This document shows, one piece after another, positions 57,393 to 64,000 of a stretch of 64,000 bases of DNA (positions within the stretch are counted from its first letter, which is position 1; every line of letters starts with the position of its first letter). Source of the stretch: Myxococcota bacterium (lineage in GTDB: Bacteria; Myxococcota_A; UBA796; CAJQPC01); NCBI GenBank assembly GCA_036012755.1, contig DASCPX010000027.1, positions 32,001 through 96,000 of the forward strand, given 5' to 3'. The notes beneath the pieces are model-generated. The model saw only the letters and a program-made list of their open reading frames with translations. It did no database searches and was not told where the DNA came from. The position numbers were made by a program, and so were the translations under genes.

Positions 57393-57602
57393 TCAGCGGC
57401 GGCGACGCATCCGCACGAACTGGGTGTCCTTCTCCGAGTCGCGGTCGGCCTGGCGTGGGGGCGCGGGGATCCGGCGAAGCTCGACGGACTGCGGCGCGTC
57501 GATGCAGAGTCGCACCCAGTTGCCCTTGATGCGCTTGATGTAGATGCGAACGTCGTCTCCGACCTGCAGGATCTCGCCTTCTTTCTGTGTGAGAACGAGC
57601 AT
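57393..57602 (-). CDS. csrA: CsrA/RsmA-like carbon storage regulator (divergent)
   Basis: MLVLTQKEGE.L.VGDDV......KGNWVRL.IDAP.SV..RR; GGGAGA RBS. Confidence 0.75.
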   Translation of the reverse strand: MLVLTQKEGEILQVGDDVRIYIKRIKGNWVRLCIDAPQSVELRRIPAPPRQADRDSEKDTQFVRMRRRR

Positions 57603-57700
57603 TCGGATCTCCCTGTTCGCAGGCTGGGCCAACTGCACATTACATCGGAATATGGGGTAGCCCGCATTAGACAGTCAAAATTCTCCAAGCTGGAGAGGGT

Positions 57701-58687
57701 ATGAAGCCAACACGGGTGGTGCGGAGAGCACGAAAGAAGGCCGAAGAGCCCGTTGCCGACGACGTGTCCGAGGTCGAAGAGGTTCCAGCGGCGCCGCTCC
57801 CGGGTCAGGACCCTGTAAGGGAACCCACGATCGACGCTGGCGCGCTGGAGCAGCTGGCCGCCATGGATGACGACGCCTTCGCCCGCGCCATGGCTGGACT
57901 GGCGCCCCCACCTTCCCGTCGTCAGCTCGCGCCCGGTGACGAGGTCGAGGGCCACATCGTCGGTTTCTCGGACACTGACGCCTTCATCGACATCGGCGCC
58001 AAGTCAGAGGCCAGCATCGCTCGCGAGGACATCGGTGATGCTGCCCTCGGCGACTCCGTGACAGCGACGGTCCTGGAGATCACGTCGCGAGGGGTTCGAA
58101 TCGGCAAGCGACTCCGCGGCGGCGATGCGCTCTTGCACCTCGAAGCCGCGATGGCCTCCGGCGTCCCAGTGGAGGGGCGCGTCGTAGAGAGGAACAAGGG
58201 GGGCTTCGTGGTGGCGATCGGGAGCCTGCGCGCGTTCTGCCCCGTGTCACGCATCGCTGTGCGCCCGGGCGACGATCTCGACGCCTGGTTGGGCCGAACC
58301 CTCGACTTCCGCGTGGTCGAGCTCGACGGAAGAGACGTCGTGCTCGACCGGCGCGCCATCGCGGAGGAGGAAGAGAAGGAGCAGGCGCTCGCCCTCTGGC
58401 GCGAGCTGGCACCAGGTCAACGGCGCAACGGCGTCGTGGAGAGTCTCCACGACTTCGGCCTGTTCGTGGACCTCGGGGGCGTACGGGGCCTCGTGCCGCG
58501 CGGCGAGCTGGGAGAGGAGACGCCTCCCGCCGGCGAGGAGGTCGAGGTGCGCGTCGTGCGCGTCGACCAGGCGCGCGAGCGCGTCACCCTGGCGCTGCGC
58601 GGTGAGCGCCCGGTGGGCGATGGCCCGGCCGTGAGCCTCGGGAGCATGGCGGAGGCCTTCGCTCGGGCGAAGACCAGGAAGAGCTAG
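57701..58687 (+). CDS. S1 RNA-binding domain protein (three S1 domains, short RpsA-like)
   Basis: AFIDIGAKSEA, NKGGFVV..LRAFCP.S, DFGLFVDLGGV.GLVP..EL. Confidence 0.88.
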   Translation: MKPTRVVRRARKKAEEPVADDVSEVEEVPAAPLPGQDPVREPTIDAGALEQLAAMDDDAFARAMAGLAPPPSRRQLAPGDEVEGHIVGFSDTDAFIDIGAKSEASIAREDIGDAALGDSVTATVLEITSRGVRIGKRLRGGDALLHLEAAMASGVPVEGRVVERNKGGFVVAIGSLRAFCPVSRIAVRPGDDLDAWLGRTLDFRVVELDGRDVVLDRRAIAEEEEKEQALALWRELAPGQRRNGVVESLHDFGLFVDLGGVRGLVPRGELGEETPPAGEEVEVRVVRVDQARERVTLALRGERPVGDGPAVSLGSMAEAFARAKTRKS

Positions 58688-59052
58688 GGACTTGCTGGAG
58701 TTCCGGGCCTGGGCTCGAGGCTTTGCTCCAGGTGCAGCTGGAGACCCTCGATGTCGGCTGAGTTGACGGCGAGGGGCTCGGGCCAGATGGTCTGGGCGTC
58801 GGTCTCGCTGACGCCGTCGCGGTCCGGGTCGTGGGCAGCGCGCACGCTCACGGTTCCGATGCGCGCCCTGACCTGCACCTCGAAGGGGCCGTTTCCGCTC
58901 TCTACGACCGCACTGCCGGCGAGCAACGGCGGGCCGGAACTCTCGATGAGCAGCACCTCGACGACGACAGGGCCGACACCGGAGTAGCGCACGTCACCCC
59001 GGATGGACACGGTGTCCTGGGCAAGCGCCTGCGCCAACAGCAAGTGCATCAT
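58684..59052 (-). CDS. Hypothetical secreted protein
   Basis: ATGA-coupled to udg; MMHLLLAQALA signal; DPDRDG Ca-binding-like motif. Confidence 0.6.
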   Translation of the reverse strand: MMHLLLAQALAQDTVSIRGDVRYSGVGPVVVEVLLIESSGPPLLAGSAVVESGNGPFEVQVRARIGTVSVRAAHDPDRDGVSETDAQTIWPEPLAVNSADIEGLQLHLEQSLEPRPGTPASP

Positions 59053-59945
59053 CGAAGCCCCCCCAGCTCGTCGTAGCGCGACTTGACGGCCTTGAGGTCG
59101 TCGAAGGTGTAGCGCTTGTCCTGGGGCTGTCTCAGCAGGTAGGCGGGATGGAATGTCGGCATCACGGGCACGTTTCGCCAGAGGTGCCAGCTGCCTCGCA
59201 TGGTGGTGATGCCGCGGTTCGTCTTCAGGAGCGTCTTCACCGCTGGACTCCCGAGAGTCAGGATCACCTTCGGTCCGATGGCCTCGAGCTGCTTCTCGAG
59301 GAAGGGCAAGCAGGATGCTATCTCGTCGGGCTGCGGGCTCCGGTTCTTCGGCGGACGGCACTTGACGACGTTGAGGATGTAGACCTTGGCCCGTGAGAGG
59401 CCCAGCACGCGCTCGAGCATCTTGTCGAGCATCTCCCCTGCCGCTCCGACGAAGGGCAGGCCGAGGCGGTCCTCGTTGGCGCCGGGACCCTCGCCGAGCA
59501 CCACGAGGTCCGCGTTCGGATGTCCCATGCCGAAGGCCACCTTCTGTCGCTGCTCGCAGAGGCGACAGCGGGCGCACTCCCCGAGCTCCGCGCGGATGGC
59601 GACGAGTCTCTCCGCAGCCGCCCGTGCGGCCGAGCCCTCCGGGAGCGGGGGCAGGTCGTCCTGGCTGAAACCCCAAGCGCCGACAGCATGATCGAGCCCG
59701 TAGACCGGCGGTCTCTCTTCGAGCTGGTCGTCCCACGACTCCTTGGGCGGGGCCTGGCGCTCCGGCTCGGTCGCCCCGGTCGGCGGGGCCTGGCGCTCCG
59801 GCTCGGTCGCCCCGGTCGGCGGGGCCTGGCGCTTCGGCTCCTGGCTGGAGGCCGTCCGATGTGTCGCGCCCATCGCCCTGTCCGCACGGAGCCTCTCGTG
59901 AACGTCCGCCACGAGGTCCGCAAGTTCCTGGCGTGGGTCACTCAT
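59049..59945 (-). CDS. Uracil-DNA glycosylase family 4 (Fe-S)
   Basis: CARCRLC, GEGPGANED..G.PFVG.AG, NVVKCRPP.NR.P, TFHPAYLLR. Confidence 0.93.
   Translation of the reverse strand: MSDPRQELADLVADVHERLRADRAMGATHRTASSQEPKRQAPPTGATEPERQAPPTGATEPERQAPPKESWDDQLEERPPVYGLDHAVGAWGFSQDDLPPLPEGSAARAAAERLVAIRAELGECARCRLCEQRQKVAFGMGHPNADLVVLGEGPGANEDRLGLPFVGAAGEMLDKMLERVLGLSRAKVYILNVVKCRPPKNRSPQPDEIASCLPFLEKQLEAIGPKVILTLGSPAVKTLLKTNRGITTMRGSWHLWRNVPVMPTFHPAYLLRQPQDKRYTFDDLKAVKSRYDELGGLR
59746..59840. repeat. 36-bp tandem repeat (about 2.6 copies) encoding (E/K)RQAPPTGATEP in the UDG linker
   Basis: Units start at 59746, 59782 and 59818. Confidence 0.92.
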
Positions 59946-60513
59946 CAGGGAGTCTCCAGCCGAGCGCGCGAAGCTCGGAGATCACTCGCAGCACCGGCAG
60001 GCCGACGACGTTGAACCAGCTGCCATCGATCGACTCGCAGAGCCACGCCCCTCGTCCTTCGATCTCGTAGCCCCCCGCGCAAGCGCGTCCCTCGCCGCTG
60101 GCGACGTAGGAGGCGAGCTCCTCGTCGCTGAGATCGCCCCGAAAGCGGAGACGGGTGGTCTCGTGAAAGACACGCTCGACCCCCTCCCCCACCAGCGCCA
60201 CTCCGGTCACCAGGTCGTGGGTCCGTCCAGCGAGCTCGCCGAGCGTCGCGCGGTGCTCCGCGGCGTCCCGGGGTTTGTGGAAGATGCGTCCGTCGAGGTG
60301 GACCACGCAGTCGGCGCCGAGGACGAGGGCGCCCGGACGTTGCTCTGCCACGGAGCGAGCCTTCCAGAGGGCCAGCGTCTCCGCGAGCTCGACCGGCTCT
60401 GTGACCCCGCATGCGCGCTCGTCGACGCTAGGCGCGACGCCTTCGCTGGGCACTCCGGCGCGCTCCAACAGAGCCCGTCTCCAGGGGCTCGTGGACGCGA
60501 GGACAAGCGGCAT
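59938..60513 (-). CDS. maf: Maf family nucleotide pyrophosphatase
   Basis: LVLASTSPWR, KARSV, VLGAD, KP, AGGY.IEG.G, G..FNVVGLP. Confidence 0.9.
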   Translation of the reverse strand: MPLVLASTSPWRRALLERAGVPSEGVAPSVDERACGVTEPVELAETLALWKARSVAEQRPGALVLGADCVVHLDGRIFHKPRDAAEHRATLGELAGRTHDLVTGVALVGEGVERVFHETTRLRFRGDLSDEELASYVASGEGRACAGGYEIEGRGAWLCESIDGSWFNVVGLPVLRVISELRALGWRLPDE

Positions 60514-60630
60514 CGAGGGGCTCCGACGCGGGGCTCGCCCCGTGCATTCGGTGGGTCGATAGAGTAACCTGCGCCCGTTCTGCGAGTCCCGTGACACGGG
60601 GCGTCAACTGCGATCGTGAGGCCCTGAGGA

Positions 60631-62631
60631 ATGAGTTCAAGCCGCGCCGTCGGCATCGACCTGGGGACTACCTTTTCGGCGATCGCGCACGTGAACCGAC
60701 ACGGCGTCCCCGAGATCCTTCACAACGCCGAAGGTGATCGCATCACCCCCTCGGTCGTCCTGTTCGATGGCGACGAAGTCATTGTCGGCAACTACGCCAA
60801 ACAGAGCGCGGTCGTGTACCCGGAGCAGGTGGTCGAGTTCATCAAGCGCCACATCGGGGATGCCGACTTCTACTTCGAGTATCGCAACGAGAACTACTCG
60901 CCCGAGCGCATCTCCAGCTTCATCCTCGCGAAGCTCAAGCACGACGCAGAGCTGCGCCTCGGCCACCGCATCGACCAGGCCGTGGTCACGGTCCCGGCCT
61001 ACTTCAACGACCACCAGCGTCAGGCGACCCTGAAGGCGGGTGAGCTCGCTGGCTTGCGGGTGCTGAAGCTCATCAACGAGCCCACCGCCGCGGCCTTCGC
61101 CTACGGCCTGAACAACGCCGACAGCAACAAGCGTGTCCTGGTCTTCGACCTCGGCGGCGGTACCTTCGACGTCACGATCTGCCAGATCGACGGCCGTGAC
61201 ATCAACGTCAACGCGACCAACGGCGACCACCAGCTCGGCGGGAAGGACTGGGACGACGCGCTCATCCGCTATGCCGCGGAGTGCTTCGAGGAGAAGCACG
61301 GCATGGATCCGCTAGAGGACCTCGCCGCCTACCACGACCTCCGCCAGAAGTGCGTCTCGGCGAAGATCAGCCTCACCCGCCGCCCCAAGGTCAACCTCTT
61401 CTACGACTACAAGGGCAAGATCATGCGGCTGGAGGTCACGCGCTCGAAGTTCGAGGACCTCACCAGCGGCCTGATGCGACGGGCGGAGCTCCTGACCGAC
61501 GACGTCCTGCTCGACGCCAGCTTGGACCGAAACGCCATCGACACCGTGCTCCTCGCCGGCGGCTCGACCCGCATGCCCATGGTCCGGGCGATGTTGAAGA
61601 AGATGTTCGCCCGGGCACCGGCGACGGACATCAACCCCGATGAGTGCGTCGCCCTCGGGGCCGCGCTCACGGCAGCGCTCGAGGCGGCGAGGCTCTCTGG
61701 AGAGAAGCCCGACATCGACATCCGCACGCACGATGTCACCTCCCACAGCCTGGGCATGGTCGTCTTCCGGGAGAGCCAGCTCCACAACTCCCGCATCATC
61801 TCGAAGAACACTCGAATCCCCTGCGAGCAGACCAGGGACAACTACGTCACGACCCACGATGGGCAGACGACGATGGACCTTTGGCTGGTCCAGGGAGAGA
61901 ACGAGGATCCGCTGGAGTGCAACGTCCTCGGTCACTTCGAGTTCTACGGCATCCCACCACGCCCGGCCGGCGAGTCTCGTCTCGCGGTCACCTACCGCTA
62001 CAACGCCAACGGCATCGTGGAGGTGGAGGCGATGGACCTTCGGAGCGGACAGACCCTGGCGCACCGCCTCGCGGCTGGCCACATCACCCTCGAGGATCTG
62101 GCCCGGAACCGGATCCCGATGCAGATGGCGCTGATCATGGACTGCTCCGGCTCCATGTACGGCCAGTCGATCGACGACGCCAAGACGGCAGCCAGGTCAT
62201 TCGTGGAGCGCAGCCTCCAGCCGGGTCGTCAGCTCGCGATCGTCGCCTTCCCCGGTGGGGTGCTGGCTCCCCCCACCTCCGACATCCGTCGGCTCACGGG
62301 CGCCATCGACCAGCTCACGCCGATCGGTTCCACTCCCATGGCGGACGGGCTCCGCCACGGGCGTGACCTCCTCCGCCCACGGGCGGGCGTCCAGCGCGTG
62401 TTCGTGGTCATGACCGACGGTCACCCGGATGACCCGGACGCCGTCAGCGCCGAGATTCACCGCATTCGCAGCACGGGCGGCCGAGTGGTGGCGATCGGCG
62501 TCGGTCCCCAGGTCCGGCAGGAGTTCCTGAAGGGCCTTGCCTCCAGCCCCAACGACTACCACTTCTGCAGTGAGTCGGTTGAGCTCGAGGGGACGTTCAT
62601 CAACCTTGCGACCGAGCTCGGCGCGACCTGA
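60631..62631 (+). CDS. Hsp70 family protein fused to C-terminal VWA domain
   Basis: GIDLGTT, TVPAYF, INEPTAAA, DLGGGTFD, GGSTRMP, NPDECVA, SBD-beta; then DCSGS..GSTPM..MTDG..AIGVG. Confidence 0.92.
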   Translation: MSSSRAVGIDLGTTFSAIAHVNRHGVPEILHNAEGDRITPSVVLFDGDEVIVGNYAKQSAVVYPEQVVEFIKRHIGDADFYFEYRNENYSPERISSFILAKLKHDAELRLGHRIDQAVVTVPAYFNDHQRQATLKAGELAGLRVLKLINEPTAAAFAYGLNNADSNKRVLVFDLGGGTFDVTICQIDGRDINVNATNGDHQLGGKDWDDALIRYAAECFEEKHGMDPLEDLAAYHDLRQKCVSAKISLTRRPKVNLFYDYKGKIMRLEVTRSKFEDLTSGLMRRAELLTDDVLLDASLDRNAIDTVLLAGGSTRMPMVRAMLKKMFARAPATDINPDECVALGAALTAALEAARLSGEKPDIDIRTHDVTSHSLGMVVFRESQLHNSRIISKNTRIPCEQTRDNYVTTHDGQTTMDLWLVQGENEDPLECNVLGHFEFYGIPPRPAGESRLAVTYRYNANGIVEVEAMDLRSGQTLAHRLAAGHITLEDLARNRIPMQMALIMDCSGSMYGQSIDDAKTAARSFVERSLQPGRQLAIVAFPGGVLAPPTSDIRRLTGAIDQLTPIGSTPMADGLRHGRDLLRPRAGVQRVFVVMTDGHPDDPDAVSAEIHRIRSTGGRVVAIGVGPQVRQEFLKGLASSPNDYHFCSESVELEGTFINLATELGAT

Positions 62632-62641
62632 AGGACTGCAC

Positions 62642-63148
62642 ATGAGTACCGAGGCCGAAGTCGAGGCCCTGCGGCAGGAAGTCCGCGAGCTCCGAGAGAT
62701 CCTGACGGCGCGGAACGAGGGCGAGATCACCCAGCAGAAGGCCTTCGACTCGCTGTACGAAGAGCTCCGGCAGTACAAGGACGACTTCATCTTCCAGGCT
62801 GAGAAGCCGCTGCTATTGGACCTGCTGCTCTTCTACGACTCCCTGAACTGGTTCCAGGAGTCCCTGGTCAAGAAGGAGATGTCGATGGACGTCATCTCCG
62901 ACAGCTTCCAGTACTTGATCGACGAGTTCCTCGAGGTCCTCTACCGGCGGGACGTGCTGCCGATGGAGAGCCAGCAGAAGTTCGATCCGAAGAGCCAGAA
63001 GGTCGTGAAGGTCGTTGCCCCCGACGAAGCTGGCAAGGACCAGATCGTCGCCCAGGTCCTCAAGCGCGGCTTCAACCGCGCGGAGCGCGTCCTGCGGTCG
63101 GAAGAGGTCGTCATCTACCGGGACACGGCAAAGACGGGCCGGGACTGA
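62642..63148 (+). CDS. GrpE-like nucleotide exchange factor (divergent)
   Basis: Coiled coil, LLLDLL..DSL, FDPK, VLKRGF...RVLR...V. Confidence 0.8.
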   Translation: MSTEAEVEALRQEVRELREILTARNEGEITQQKAFDSLYEELRQYKDDFIFQAEKPLLLDLLLFYDSLNWFQESLVKKEMSMDVISDSFQYLIDEFLEVLYRRDVLPMESQQKFDPKSQKVVKVVAPDEAGKDQIVAQVLKRGFNRAERVLRSEEVVIYRDTAKTGRD

Positions 63149-63152
63149 CTGG

Positions 63153-64000
63153 ATGGTCGCTGAGGGTCAGATCATCCTGGGCATCGATCTTGGGACGACG
63201 TTCTCGGCGATGGCCTATGTCGATCGCTTCGGCAAGCCGAACATCATCCCCAACGGCGATGGCCACTCCACGACGGCTTCCGTCATCCACTTCTACGACC
63301 GCAACGCCTGCGTCGTCGGAGAGGAGGCGGTGAAGATGGTCGTGGTCGATCCGACCAACGTCGTGCGGTTCATCAAGCGCTCCATGGGCGACACGGACTT
63401 CGTCCTGGACTTCTTCGGCGTCAGCTACACGCCCCAGGAGCTCTCGGCGTTCATCCTCAAGAAGCTGAAGAACGACGCCGAGGAGGCACTCGGAAAGCCA
63501 GTCGATCACTGCGTGATCACGGTGCCGGCCTACTTCAACAGCTCCCAGCGTGGGGCGACCGCCGAAGCTGGGAAGATCGCCGGCTTCAACGTGCTGTCCA
63601 TCATCAACGAGCCGACCGCCGCGGCCATCGCCCTCGGCCTCGCTCACCTCGGAAAGAACCGCCGGATGCTGGTCTTCGACCTCGGCGGTGGCACCTTCGA
63701 CGTGACGGTGATGGAGATCCGAGGGACCACGCTGCGGACGCTGGCCAGCGACGGCAACGCGGAGCTTGGCGGCAAGGACTGGGACGATCGGCTGCTCAGC
63801 CACGTCGCCGAGCAGTTCCGTGACAAGTTCGGACTGGACCCGCGGGACGACCCGCTGCCCTACCAGGAGCTCTACGAGCGCTGTCTCCACGCCAAGATCT
63901 CGTTGTCGACCAAGCCACGAGCCGTGATCCCGGTGAACTTCCGCGGACACCGCATGGTCGTCCAGGTCACCCGGGCCGAGTTCGAGGAGATGTGCAGCGA
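63153..64000 (+). CDS. Second Hsp70 family protein (truncated by window edge)
   Basis: MVAEGQIILGIDLGTTFS, ITVPAYFN, INEPTAAA, DLGGGTFDVT, LGGKDWD; open to the end of the window. Confidence 0.92.
   Translation, partial: MVAEGQIILGIDLGTTFSAMAYVDRFGKPNIIPNGDGHSTTASVIHFYDRNACVVGEEAVKMVVVDPTNVVRFIKRSMGDTDFVLDFFGVSYTPQELSAFILKKLKNDAEEALGKPVDHCVITVPAYFNSSQRGATAEAGKIAGFNVLSIINEPTAAAIALGLAHLGKNRRMLVFDLGGGTFDVTVMEIRGTTLRTLASDGNAELGGKDWDDRLLSHVAEQFRDKFGLDPRDDPLPYQELYERCLHAKISLSTKPRAVIPVNFRGHRMVVQVTRAEFEEMCS

Noticed and set aside
59746..59840. 36-bp repeat as a possible CRISPR array
   Set aside because: Units abut with no spacers, are in frame inside a protein linker, and no cas genes are present.
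60637..63950. Antisense ORFs opposite the Hsp70 genes
   Set aside because: Long antisense ORFs opposite hsp70/dnaK are a known codon-bias phenomenon; there is no independent evidence of coding.

Overview
High-GC (visually about 70%), gene-dense bacterial chromosome segment. It is probably from a myxobacterium-related lineage (MYXO-CTERM-like tail, AgmX/GltG-like TonB protein, several Ser/Thr kinases); this assignment is inferred. Housekeeping genes include scpAB, a lysC-lysA fusion, nadA, ndk, plsB-like, rlmB, phoH2, ihfB, secDF-yajC-tgt-queA, udg and maf. I found no rRNA, tRNA, CRISPR array or transposase. Main things worth a second look: (1) a non-canonical Hsp70 operon at the right edge, with an Hsp70 whose helical lid is replaced by a MIDAS-intact VWA domain, a divergent GrpE and a second atypical Hsp70; (2) two paralogous CbbQ/NorQ + CbbO/NorD AAA+/VWA pairs with no Rubisco or NO reductase client in view; (3) recurring ultra-short (6-10 aa) lipoprotein-type signal peptides, almost all without a basic n-region; (4) an alpha-2-macroglobulin split into two genes at the bait region and lacking the thioester motif; (5) a roughly 3.9 kb compositionally distinct islet, bordered by gene remnants, encoding an ECF sigma factor, a kinase-ZAS-TM-PDZ fusion and a small membrane protein resembling the kinase's TM module; (6) an unannotated structured intergenic element; (7) TANNNT hexamers 6-7 nt before start codons, suggesting leaderless mRNAs; (8) a GpsA homologue lacking catalytic residues. 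All family calls come from recognising motifs by eye, with no database search.
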